Shown here piece by piece: positions 1 to 9,618 of a DNA stretch of 64,000 nucleotides. The position numbers and the translations under genes were made by a program. The DNA comes from Oscillospiraceae bacterium. GTDB taxonomy: Bacteria; Bacillota; Clostridia; Oscillospirales; Acutalibacteraceae. The notes below the pieces were generated by a model that ran no database searches, was not told the origin of the DNA, and saw nothing but the letters and a program-made list of their open reading frames with translations. The stretch is taken from contig JAISNY010000016.1 in assembly GCA_031275995.1 (NCBI GenBank), forward strand, positions 12,690 through 76,689. The letters are read 5' to 3'. The stretch's first letter is position 1; each line of letters begins with the position of its first letter.

Positions 1-1716
1 TTAGAGCCAGGTGAAACTTTCCTTTTAATGGGAATCATTACTAAGAATAGAGGAAATTTTGAAATAATCTGTCCTAAATTTCGCAACATAAAATTTTTAG
101 ATAGAAAAATTTTTCCGATTTACTCGCAAGTGTGCGGACTTCCAAGCTGGCGTATTTCAAATGCAATTAATAATGCACTTAAATTATTGCCTTTTCAGCA
201 GGACGCTCTGCCGGAGTTCATTGTCAGGAAATATTCTCTGGTTTCGTTTGATTTTGCAATTAGAAAAATTCATTTTCCTGAAAACAAAAGTGAACTTGAA
301 TTTGCCCGCAGGCGTCTTGCTTTTGGGGACTTACTAGTATGGCGCCTCGCGATGGAACGCATCAAGAAATTCGGAACTGATAAAATTAAATATAATTCTG
401 TTAAGATTAAAGATTTTTCTAATGAATTTATTAAAAATTTGCCATTTAAACCTACGGGTGCTCAAATCAGAGTAATAAAGGAATGCACGATTAACATGAA
501 GTCAACTATTCCGATGCGGCGCATGCTTCAGGGCGACGTAGGTTCAGGCAAGACAGCTGTAGCTGCAACGTTGGCTTACAATACTGTTAAATCAGGATTT
601 CAAGTTTCAATTATGGTTCCAACAGAAATTTTAGCGTTTCAACATTATGAAAATTTCAAAAAAATGATGCCTGATTTTGAAGAAATTTACTTAATTACTG
701 GTTCAACTTCCAAAAAAAAGAAAAATGAGATCATCGAAAAATTTTTATGCGGCATTCCCGGTATATTAGTTGGTACGCAAAGTCTTATTTCTGAAGGGAT
801 TAGATTTAAAAATTTGGCACTTGCCATCACCGATGAACAACATCGTTTTGGGGTAGGGCAGCGCAGTAAACTTGCTCAAAAGGGGAATAACCCTCACACT
901 TTGGTGATTTCAGCGACTCCAATACCGAGGAGTCTTGCATTAGTCCTTTACGGAGATATGGATTTTTCCGTCATAGATGAATTTCCACCTGGCAGAAAAG
1001 CTGTTCAAACTTTTATAGTTAGCAGTGAGAAACGCGGAGAAGTTTTAAAATTTCTTGAACTAAAGCTTCGTTCCGGTACCCAAGCTTATGTTGTTTGCGC
1101 TGCAATAGAACCCGACCCAGACTTGCAAGAACCAGAAGAAAAAATTATTGACGTTGAAAATTATAGAAAAGATTTTCTTACGCAGGAATTTTTAAATGAA
1201 TTCAAGACAGAAATTGTGCACAGCAAAATTAAATCCTCAGAAAAAGAGAAAATTATGAAGGATTTCTGCCTTGGAATTACTAAGCTGTTAATTTCTACTA
1301 CTGTTATAGAAGTTGGGCTCGACGTTCCTAACGCTTCTTTGATGATAATAGAAAACGCAGAAAGATTCGGATTAGCAGTACTCCATCAACTACGCGGCCG
1401 CGTTGGAAGGGGTACTGAGGAAAGTTATTGTATATTGATTTCTGATAAAAAATGGGGCGATGCCAGAGTACGTCTTAAAGCGATAAAAACTTCTAATGAT
1501 GGTTTCTTTCTTGCTAATCAAGATTTAAAACTGCGGGGTCCAGGTGAATTTTTCGGCAAAAGACAACATGGAGCGCTCGACCCACGTTTGGCTAGCGCTC
1601 TCCGCGACGCAAAAATAGTTGAAGAATGCATTCTTGCATCTCATGATTTATCTTTCGAAGAAACCCTTCCTTTGGCTATTGAAACTAAAATCGAAACACT
1701 TATAGAAAGTATATGA
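1..1716 (+). CDS. recG: ATP-dependent DNA helicase RecG (5' end lies outside the window)
   Basis: The frame is open from nt 1. It has Walker A GDVGSGKT, a DEQH box (ITDEQHRFGV) and helicase C motif QLRGRVGRG, with a TGA stop at 1714-1716. Confidence 0.9.
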   Translation, partial: LEPGETFLLMGIITKNRGNFEIICPKFRNIKFLDRKIFPIYSQVCGLPSWRISNAINNALKLLPFQQDALPEFIVRKYSLVSFDFAIRKIHFPENKSELEFARRRLAFGDLLVWRLAMERIKKFGTDKIKYNSVKIKDFSNEFIKNLPFKPTGAQIRVIKECTINMKSTIPMRRMLQGDVGSGKTAVAATLAYNTVKSGFQVSIMVPTEILAFQHYENFKKMMPDFEEIYLITGSTSKKKKNEIIEKFLCGIPGILVGTQSLISEGIRFKNLALAITDEQHRFGVGQRSKLAQKGNNPHTLVISATPIPRSLALVLYGDMDFSVIDEFPPGRKAVQTFIVSSEKRGEVLKFLELKLRSGTQAYVVCAAIEPDPDLQEPEEKIIDVENYRKDFLTQEFLNEFKTEIVHSKIKSSEKEKIMKDFCLGITKLLISTTVIEVGLDVPNASLMIIENAERFGLAVLHQLRGRVGRGTEESYCILISDKKWGDARVRLKAIKTSNDGFFLANQDLKLRGPGEFFGKRQHGALDPRLASALRDAKIVEECILASHDLSFEETLPLAIETKIETLIESI

Positions 1717-1778
1717 ATAATGAATAAAATGTTAATCATACTATTAAAACTTTAATATTTAACCAAACTTTTGGCAAC

Positions 1779-1811
1779 AAAAACCTCGGCACCCGTGCGG
1801 ACACCGAAGAG
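1779..1811 (-). terminator. Putative intrinsic terminator between convergent recG and the small membrane-protein gene
   Basis: A GC-rich hairpin (cctcggcacc-cgtg-cggacaccgaagag, with several G-U pairs) is followed by a TTTTT run on the minus strand. Confidence 0.45.
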
Positions 1812-1864
1812 TTGTAAAACAATACGAAAGCTAGCTAGAGGACTTGCCTTCGGTCTCTACAGTC

Positions 1865-2062
1865 TTACTTGTGGCTCTTACTTACATCTGGTTTATCGTC
1901 CGAAACAGCACGATCCAAAGTTCCTTTCAGACTTTGCCCCATCTCTCTAGCTTTATTGGTGTACTTCTCAGGAATTAACGCTGACACGAAAGCGATTATT
2001 AACGGTGAAACAACAATTAAAGCTACAGTACCTAAAAAACCCGTAATATCTCCAAGATCCAT
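1865..2062 (-). CDS. Small single-pass membrane protein, function unknown
   Basis: The ORF has one hydrophobic helix (ITGFLGTVALIVVSPLIIAFVSALI) and a charged tail. I chose the internal ATG at 2062 because AAGGGG lies about 10 nt upstream; the track ORF start at 2095 has no SD. Confidence 0.4.
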   Translation of the reverse strand: MDLGDITGFLGTVALIVVSPLIIAFVSALIPEKYTNKAREMGQSLKGTLDRAVSDDKPDVSKSHK

Positions 2063-2560
2063 TATAATTGCACCCCTTATTGTTTTTTCAATCATCAGAA
2101 GTTAAACAAAGTTAAACTCCAAACTCACTGAATCTATAAATAATTGTATAATACTTCAAACCCATTGTCAATACATTTTATGGAAAACAGTCGAACGAAA
2201 ACAAAATGATTAGTTGATTTTTAAATCCGCACTCGCAAGACAAAATATTTTAAGCAATTATCATAAAAGATTTCTCATATTGTATTGATGTATTGATGTA
2301 AAAACTTACGTAACCGACGGCTGAAATCGTACGATTTGGTTGATCCTGAGAAATATCATTTATCAAAATCTTTGTAAATTATCGAAAATTCTGTATTGAT
2401 TTTTATGTAAAAAGCATTGTCACATGAGGTTTCAGCAATGCTGTTTTCATATTAATTTAAAAACTTCCGCCGCCTTTTTGAAAATTCAGGGATGACCTTG
2501 CTGTGTTATGATTATTTCTTCAGGAAATTGGGGATAATGAATAAAAATTTCCAAAAATAC

Positions 2561-2589
2561 TTGCAAAATTATTTATTTTATTTTATCAT
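2561..2589 (+). promoter_or_regulatory. Sigma70-like promoter for the surface-protein gene
   Basis: TTGCAA (2561-2566), a 17-nt spacer and TATCAT (2584-2589), about 80 nt upstream of the ATG at 2670, which has an AAGGGGGAG SD. Confidence 0.5.
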
Positions 2590-2669
2590 TCCCCCATGGA
2601 TCAAAAGCCAAGATTTCCGCGGTGTCAGGGGCTGTTGGGAAATTAGGCTAACCTAAGGGGGAGTGAAAT

Positions 2670-4796
2670 ATGGATTTTAGAAAAACAACCAGAAAATTTT
2701 GGGCTCTCGTGTTTGCGGCAGGTTTTGCTGTGTGGAGCCCGGCGATCAGTGCAGGCGGAGTGCAGTGGCAGGGTCATGGTGAGGTTTTTAAAGTCAAAGG
2801 TGGAAGTGCCCCAGGGCAGCCCCAGAATCCTTTAAGATCTGGTAGGCTTGCTAGTGCCGCTAGTGCCGCTAGTAGTATTAATGATATTCTTGAGGAATAT
2901 GATGCGTGGATTCCCAAAGATGCATTAAAGGGCAAGAACTTTATAGTTAGTGATTTTACAACCGATGGTCTTAAGATTACTTTGGGTGGAGACCCAGGCT
3001 GGAGACTTTTGGCCGTTGATGGAGATGGCCAAAGAGGTTTAGTGGTTCATGTTGATGATTGGAATGAAACCGAGGATTTGTCACCAGACAGTTTAGATGA
3101 ATGGGCAAGTGATAAACTTGGATATTTAGGTGCTGCTAATCTTCTTTCTACGGTAGAAGTTGAGTTTGTTGCTCTTTATGATGCTGGTACTGGTACTGAT
3201 ACTAGTATTAGTACTAGTGTCGAGGAGTTCGGATCAAAATGTTTCCTTCCGACGGTTAGTGATGTTAATGAAGCTAATGGTAGTTTTACTCAGGCAAAAC
3301 TAGATCTTGGGTTTATCGATGCAAATGTGCCGGCTAAGAACATTGCAATTTATGGAGAGTATATTAACGGACCCTTGGGAGTTATAAAAGGAAATTTGTC
3401 TTCAATCCCTAACGGTTCAGTTGGTTGGCTCGTACCGCGTATGGTGGTTTTAAATTTTACAAATCTTGTGGGGTTGCGCGGAGATAACATGATTAGCAGT
3501 AACCATACTCCTGTGTTCGGCGATGGTTCAGCTCCAGGTTCTAAAGATAGTTTTCCTACAGGAACCGTTAAAGAAGACGTTCCTAACTATAGGTTTACGG
3601 TCGACGGTGTTGACAAGGATGACATCGGGAAAGAAAACTTGATAGTGAATGTTGGATTTGATACAAATATATCAGACTTTAGCCAATACTACGAATTTTC
3701 CTATGAGTTTAAAATTGACTCAGATAACTTTTCAATAGACTTTGAAAAAATTTTGGAGAAAGCTGCAAATGATTTAGCCATGATACCTGGTCAGAGTGCG
3801 ATGCCCTTTGACTTATTGACGTCAGAAGGTGTAAGGTTGAGTGCTTTCCTTGAAAAGGAGAAGAATACAATCCATCGCACAAATTCATCATCGGCTTTTG
3901 AAGTCGTTTTGAAAAAGTGTGTGAAGATAAGATTTTTAACGGAAGATCAGAGGAAAGTAGATAATCTTCCAAGATCTGGTCTTTATCAAGTGGGAGATGT
4001 GATCACTCAGGAGCCGACTCGTCCTCATTACCTTTTTGATGGGTGGATGCTTTGGGATGGCGATCTCGACGAAAGTGATCTCCTGGATAGCATAACTGTT
4101 GGAGATAGTGACGCGATTTACTTTGCGACCTGGACACCTAGTATTGCAGACGAAGAACAAAATGTTGAAGACGATGAAAGTGACTATGGAAGCGGTGAAA
4201 GTGACTATGGAAGCGATGAAAGTGATGAAAAATTTTTTGTAGGTTATTATGGAGAGTTGTACGATTATGAGACAGGAGTTGGGGTAAAGGGCTGGTTTAA
4301 TAGAGACCCTAAAACACTGGAGGTCACTGTCGTAACAGGAAACAAGGATGTCCTTGATGAAGTGGATAATCCAGAAAACATTGAAAAAATAAAGATCGTT
4401 GACATAAAAGTATTTGATGAATACGGGGAATCTTGTCAGCCTGTTGACAGCGTCACCGTGGATGTAAGGCTTGAAGGTAGCTGGGATGCAAGTGAGATTG
4501 AAGCGAGATATGTTTCATTGGGAACCGATGAAACGGTAAAATTAACGGGCACTTACAAAGACGCTAATGATGGTAATGTACATGCTGTATTTGAAGTTAC
4601 TCATCTGAGTCCATACGCTGTAATTGACAGAAGAGTGGGCAACGAAACGACGGATCCAGTATTCAAAAGCGTATTAGGATATAACCCGAAAACGGGCGAA
4701 AGTATTACAGTCGCCGTGCTTTGTCTAGCATCTTTGAGCTTGGCTTGCGCAATGTTTATTGTTGCAAAGAGAAGTAAAATAAGAGACGAAGAATAA
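2670..4796 (+). CDS. Cell-wall-anchored surface protein with an NPKTG sorting signal
   Basis: N-terminal signal peptide (FWALVFAAGFAVWSPAISAGG). The C-terminus is NPKTG, then a 23-aa hydrophobic stretch, then KRSKIRDEE, which is the classical sortase sorting-signal architecture. There is also an acidic ESDYGS repeat. Confidence 0.8.
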   Translation: MDFRKTTRKFWALVFAAGFAVWSPAISAGGVQWQGHGEVFKVKGGSAPGQPQNPLRSGRLASAASAASSINDILEEYDAWIPKDALKGKNFIVSDFTTDGLKITLGGDPGWRLLAVDGDGQRGLVVHVDDWNETEDLSPDSLDEWASDKLGYLGAANLLSTVEVEFVALYDAGTGTDTSISTSVEEFGSKCFLPTVSDVNEANGSFTQAKLDLGFIDANVPAKNIAIYGEYINGPLGVIKGNLSSIPNGSVGWLVPRMVVLNFTNLVGLRGDNMISSNHTPVFGDGSAPGSKDSFPTGTVKEDVPNYRFTVDGVDKDDIGKENLIVNVGFDTNISDFSQYYEFSYEFKIDSDNFSIDFEKILEKAANDLAMIPGQSAMPFDLLTSEGVRLSAFLEKEKNTIHRTNSSSAFEVVLKKCVKIRFLTEDQRKVDNLPRSGLYQVGDVITQEPTRPHYLFDGWMLWDGDLDESDLLDSITVGDSDAIYFATWTPSIADEEQNVEDDESDYGSGESDYGSDESDEKFFVGYYGELYDYETGVGVKGWFNRDPKTLEVTVVTGNKDVLDEVDNPENIEKIKIVDIKVFDEYGESCQPVDSVTVDVRLEGSWDASEIEARYVSLGTDETVKLTGTYKDANDGNVHAVFEVTHLSPYAVIDRRVGNETTDPVFKSVLGYNPKTGESITVAVLCLASLSLACAMFIVAKRSKIRDEE
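4173..4229. repeat. 21-nt in-frame tandem repeat (about 2.7 units) encoding (D/G)ESDYGS
   Basis: gatgaaagtgactatggaagc, then ggtgaaagtgactatggaagc, then a partial gatgaaagtgatgaa. Confidence 0.85.
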
Positions 4797-4824
4797 GTCT
4801 GTTAGGGAAAGAAATAGATCAAGC

Positions 4825-4856
4825 AAAAAACCGCCTGAATTTCAGGTGGTTTTTTA
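4825..4856 (+). terminator. Rho-independent terminator of the surface-protein gene
   Basis: aaaaaaCCGCCTGAAtttCAGGTGGttttt: a 9-bp stem (one G-U pair) followed by a T5 run, about 30 nt after the stop. Confidence 0.75.
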
Positions 4857-5092
4857 CTGTGAGAAATTGTCTATTGAAATTTCGAAAACCTAATAAAAAT
4901 GCTTGATAAATTATTAAATAAACTTGATAGAATCAGAGTTTCTATTTTGGTTTTTATTCCTCCAATATAAGCATTTAGTTCAATTAAAATCATTAAACGC
5001 AGATGAATTCTTAAAATAATTGTGGTATTGTGATGTTGTCATTTAGAAACTAAACTTTTAGCCGAAACCATAAATAACGAGGCGGGACTTTC

Positions 5093-5977
5093 GTGAAGAT
5101 ATCTCAATGGGAAAACTATGAATTGCTTGATTGTTCTAACGGAGAACGTTTAGAACGCTGGAATGATATTATTCTTGTGCGTCCTGATCCTCAGGTTATT
5201 TGGAAGACTCCTAAACTTGAACCGCATTGGAATTTGCCTCATGCTAAGTATTTTCGTTCAAAATCAGGCGGTGGAAGCTGGAAATTTCTAAAAGATTTCA
5301 AAAGGCCATGGCAGATTTGCTACAAAGATTTGAAATTCACAGTTAATACAATGGGTTTTAAGCACACCGGTGTCTTCCCCGAACAAGCTGCCAACTGGGA
5401 TCTGATTCGAAAACTATTGGTAGGAAGAAATAATGTTAATGTTTTAAACCTTTTCGCTTACACAGGAGGGGCTACCCTCGCTTGCGCGAAGGCAGGGGCC
5501 TTTGTTTGTCATGTGGATTCCGCAAAATCGATGGTCCGTTTAGCTCGAGAAAACGCATTAAATTCAGGCCTGCTGGAGCGTAAAATCAGGTGGATTGTAG
5601 ACGACTGTAGAAAGTTTTTGCAAAGAGAAATTAAGCGAGGCGTTAAATACGATGCGATCATCATGGATCCGCCTTCATATGGGAAAGGTCCTTCTGGAGA
5701 AGTTTGGAACCTTGAGAGTGATATTTTTGAACTGATTTTATGCGGTAGCAAAGTCTTATCGAATAAACCTTTATTTTTTATGTTAAATTCCTACACTTCA
5801 GGAATTTCCTGTGAAATAACAAAATGCTTGCTTGAACAAACTATCAACAAAGTTTTTTCAGGCACTGTAGAAGGGTATGAATTGGGAATAAAAGTAAAAA
5901 ATGTTGGTATAAGTTTGCATTCAGGTTCCACGTCTGTTTGGATAAACCGTAAGTTGGGATTCGATTTCTGTATTTGA
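5093..5977 (+). CDS. Class I SAM-dependent methyltransferase (RlmI/PF10672-like)
   Basis: Motif I-like VLNLFAYTGGATLA and a post-motif DPPSYG (IIMDPPSYGKGP). GTG start with an upstream GAGGCGGG. Confidence 0.7.
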   Translation: MKISQWENYELLDCSNGERLERWNDIILVRPDPQVIWKTPKLEPHWNLPHAKYFRSKSGGGSWKFLKDFKRPWQICYKDLKFTVNTMGFKHTGVFPEQAANWDLIRKLLVGRNNVNVLNLFAYTGGATLACAKAGAFVCHVDSAKSMVRLARENALNSGLLERKIRWIVDDCRKFLQREIKRGVKYDAIIMDPPSYGKGPSGEVWNLESDIFELILCGSKVLSNKPLFFMLNSYTSGISCEITKCLLEQTINKVFSGTVEGYELGIKVKNVGISLHSGSTSVWINRKLGFDFCI

Positions 5978-6039
5978 GTGTCAGAAAAATGTTGGACACT
6001 TACAATAGATTTTTCATCGCCAAATGTTGAAATCGAATA

Positions 6040-8712
6040 TCAAAGTGAAGCTCTGTCGTCAAATAAGATTTTTTTTAATTTTTTGGGCATAAATATTTTT
6101 CTTTTGCGCGCAAAAAATTTTTCGGTTTCGGAAACCACAATCGAAAGCGAAGCAAGTAGCATCACAATTGTCCACTGAAAGAGCGTGAGATTTTTCGTCA
6201 TGAAAAGTTTATTAAGCTGCGGAACTAATGCTACAATTACTTGCAGGAACGCACAAAAAGCTATCGCTGTAATTAATTTAAAATTATTTAAAATTTTTGT
6301 TTCAAAAATAGATTTTTTGCTCTTTACATTAAATGCATGCGCAAGCTGAGAAAGCCCAAGAGTCATAAACGCCATAGTCTGACCTATGATAGGAGCTTTC
6401 AAATCAGAATCGAATAAATTCCTTCCAATTATGAACGCAAGGATAGCAACTACCCCCATAAAACAACCTTCAATTAGGATGTTATACCCCATAGAACCTG
6501 AAAATAAACTTTTTTTAGAATCAACAGGTCTGTTTTTCATGATGTTTTCTTCAATCGGCTCCATTCCTAATGCCAACGCCGGGAATGAATCTGTAACGAA
6601 GTTGATCCAAAGTAGCTGAATCGCAATTAGCGGCGGCGGAAGATGCATAACAAACGCTAAAAATACTGCTATGATTTCACCGACGTTTGTTGAAAGAAGA
6701 AAATGTGTAGTTTTCTTTATATTTTCATAAATTCCCCTGCCTTGCCGAGCGGCCTCCACAATGCTTGAAAAATTGTCGTCGGCAAGAATTATATCAGAAG
6801 CCGATTTCGCTACGTCAGTTCCAGAAAGACCCATTGCACATCCTATGTCGGAAGCTTTAAGCGCAGGAGCGTCATTGACTCCGTCGCCGGTCATAGCCAC
6901 TACCGCTCCGCCCGCTTGAAACGCTTTTACGATTCTTACTTTATGTTCGGGCGAAACACGCGCAAAAACGGAGTATGAGAAAATATTTTTTTCCAGAGTC
7001 TGCTGATCCATTTCGTTAAGCTCTTTTCCAGTAATTGCGCAACTAGGGCATGTCATAATCCCCAATTGGTGGGCGATGGCTTTAGCCGTGAGGACATGAT
7101 CGCCCGTAATCATTACCGGCTTTATTCCTGCTTCAATACACCTTTTAACAGATGCTTCAGCTTCTGGGCGCGCCGGGTCGATTATGCCGATTAAACCTAA
7201 AAAAATTAAATCACACTCTGCCTGGGTCGGTTCTTCTGAAGACTCTTTAAACGCTACCGCCAAAACCCTGAGAGCTTTCGAAGCCATTGATTCATAAGTT
7301 TTTTTAATTGCTCTAACGGTATTTTCATCAATCATTTTAATCTTTTCGCTAGAAAGATATTTAGAGCAAAGCGGCAAAAGAAAATCTGGAGCGCCTTTTG
7401 AGATAACTTTATAGTGATTATTTTCTTTCTTATGAATTGTAGTCATAATTTTTCGGCTTGAATTAAAAGGAATTTCTTTAACGCGTAAAAATTTTCTTTC
7501 AAGCTCTGTTTTAATTTTGCCTATTTTTGAGGCTGCGTCTAAAAGAGCGTTTTCGGTAGGTTCGCCCATAATTTTGCCTGCGCTTTGTTTTGAATTATTG
7601 CACAGCGCAGCACAACTAATTATTTCCGCAGCGACAGCAGAGTATTCCGGTTCTATTCCTTTTATGCTGCGAATTTCAACTACAGTCATCTTGTTTTGAG
7701 TAAGAGTTCCTGTTTTGTCAGCGCAAATGACGGTAGCTCTCCCTAAAGTTTCAACTGCCGGAAGCCTTCTTACTATAGCGTTTTTCTTGGCCATACGCTT
7801 AACTCCTATGGCAAGAGCAATTGTAACGACGGTAGGAAGACCCTCTGGAATTGCTGCTACAGCAAGACTTATTGCAATCATGAAAACTTCAAGCGGATTT
7901 ATATGTTGAAAAAGACCCAATATAAAAATTATGGCGCATATTATTAATGTTGCAATTCCAAGAACCTTTCCTGTTTTTGCAAGACGCAGTTGTAACGGAG
8001 TCTGCGGAGTTTGAGTACGATTAATCATTCCCGCAATTTTCCCGACCTGTGTCTCCATTCCGGTTTGAGTTACAATAGCCGTAGCTCGCCCTGAAGTTAC
8101 AAAACTTGTTGCAAAAATCATATTTGACATTTCGGCAACAGGAGTATCTTTAAGAAGAATATCGCATCCATTTTTAGACACAGACGAAGATTCTCCGGTA
8201 AGAGTGGATTCTTCAACTCTAAGATTCCTTGACGTTATTATTCTTGCATCTGCGGGAATTGAATCCCCAGTTTCAATGATTAAAATATCGCCAGGAACAA
8301 GATCTTCGGAAAGAATCTTTTGATGTCTTCCGTTCCTTATGACTTTAGCGTAAGAAGCAGAAAGTTTTTTAAGCGAATCTATAGCTTTTTCGGCTTGATT
8401 TTCTTGTATAACTCCTATTATTGAGTTAAAGGTTACTATTGTAAGAATTATTATTGAGTCTATGTAATCGTTATTTTTGTTTATAAACGATGTTACAAAT
8501 GAAACTGCTGCAGCAATTAGAAGAGTTATTACCATGAAATCTGAAAATTGCTCCAAAACCTTTTTAAGAAAGCCTTTCTTTTTACCTTCTTTCAGTATAT
8601 TTTTTCCGAATTTACGCTGCTGTTTTGCTACTTCTTTAAAATTAAATCCACGTTCGGGGGTTGATTCAAAAATTTTTATAACTTCTTCAATTTTAAGCGT
8701 TTGCCACTCCAA
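6040..8712 (-). CDS. P-type cation-transporting ATPase (P2-type, Ca2+-ATPase-like)
   Basis: Phosphorylation motif [14 protein letters not shown], hinge motif [13 protein letters not shown], and about 10 TM segments in 890 aa. Confidence 0.9.
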   Translation of the reverse strand: MEWQTLKIEEVIKIFESTPERGFNFKEVAKQQRKFGKNILKEGKKKGFLKKVLEQFSDFMVITLLIAAAVSFVTSFINKNNDYIDSIIILTIVTFNSIIGVIQENQAEKAIDSLKKLSASYAKVIRNGRHQKILSEDLVPGDILIIETGDSIPADARIITSRNLRVEESTLTGESSSVSKNGCDILLKDTPVAEMSNMIFATSFVTSGRATAIVTQTGMETQVGKIAGMINRTQTPQTPLQLRLAKTGKVLGIATLIICAIIFILGLFQHINPLEVFMIAISLAVAAIPEGLPTVVTIALAIGVKRMAKKNAIVRRLPAVETLGRATVICADKTGTLTQNKMTVVEIRSIKGIEPEYSAVAAEIISCAALCNNSKQSAGKIMGEPTENALLDAASKIGKIKTELERKFLRVKEIPFNSSRKIMTTIHKKENNHYKVISKGAPDFLLPLCSKYLSSEKIKMIDENTVRAIKKTYESMASKALRVLAVAFKESSEEPTQAECDLIFLGLIGIIDPARPEAEASVKRCIEAGIKPVMITGDHVLTAKAIAHQLGIMTCPSCAITGKELNEMDQQTLEKNIFSYSVFARVSPEHKVRIVKAFQAGGAVVAMTGDGVNDAPALKASDIGCAMGLSGTDVAKSASDIILADDNFSSIVEAARQGRGIYENIKKTTHFLLSTNVGEIIAVFLAFVMHLPPPLIAIQLLWINFVTDSFPALALGMEPIEENIMKNRPVDSKKSLFSGSMGYNILIEGCFMGVVAILAFIIGRNLFDSDLKAPIIGQTMAFMTLGLSQLAHAFNVKSKKSIFETKILNNFKLITAIAFCAFLQVIVALVPQLNKLFMTKNLTLFQWTIVMLLASLSIVVSETEKFFARKRKIFMPKKLKKILFDDRASL

Positions 8713-9618
8713 AAATTATCAACTCCAACAATATTAGACAACTTTCAATGCTACCATTTATATGGGAAAGTTTTGCGTACAATGACTTGAACTTGACTTC
8801 AAAGCGTAAATTTTAAAAAATCTTAGAATTCATAATAATATAAAGATAAAATTTGAATTTAGAAACATAACTTTTTGCAGCCCTAGTTTTTGTTTTCATG
8901 GTGTACACTGTACCCATCAAGGCAGTCTCGGGAGATGCGAATGACTCGATGATTCTGGAAATTTGTGGTTTTGATCGTGATTTGGTGCGTACTGTTTTAA
9001 AGATGGTTACCACAAACCTCGACGGGACCCCCCCGGCGAAGTTCTCTCGCCCGTTTGTCGGAAGCTAAGGTATCGAAAATGATCCAATTCTTCCTTCTGC
9101 TCAGAGGGGATTCTTTTCAAATATTTTTTATTCGGTAAAAAAGTTTTTTAAACGAAAGGAAAAGATTCATTTTGTTTTTGAGGCCGTTGCCTTAACATCA
9201 GCAGGTGGCGCAGAAGGAGAAAGTGAGGCCTCGATTCCCAAAAGCTTCCCTAGATTGATGAATTTTGCTTTGCTAGTCTGAACCATATGCATTTGTAATT
9301 TTTGCACAAACATCTTTGTTGACTCTTAACAAAGCCGCATTTCGGGCGTTTAATTTTGTTGTTCATAAAAATATTTTAGCGATTAACTTTTTTAGCAATA
9401 CCATATTTATAACAAATTTGGTATCCTATCTGAAAAACACCGCTTTTTTTATAAATTTGATCTCTTATTTTTTCTCTAATTTGTCCATTCCTATCATATG
9501 AACTTTTTTGATAAAATGTTAGAATTAATGCTTATTATCATTACTATTAAAATTAAATATACGTAAAGGTCTTTAAATTCTGGTTCAAATACAAAGCTCA
9601 TCTCACAATAGGATCGTC

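Noticed and set aside
8813-9501. Track ORFs 8813-9013 (-) and 9316-9501 (+), and known structured RNAs (tmRNA, RNase P, SRP RNA, T-box, M-box, yybP-ykoY) in the gltX-ATPase gap
   Set aside because: The ORFs have no SD and a low-complexity composition. I looked for hallmark strings (GGGG...TTCGACGGG with a T-arm and CCA, GAGGAAAGTCC, GGAAGCAGC, GGTGGTACCGCG, GGGGAGTAG) and found only partial, unconvincing resemblances. The gap is reported as an open question rather than as a named RNA.
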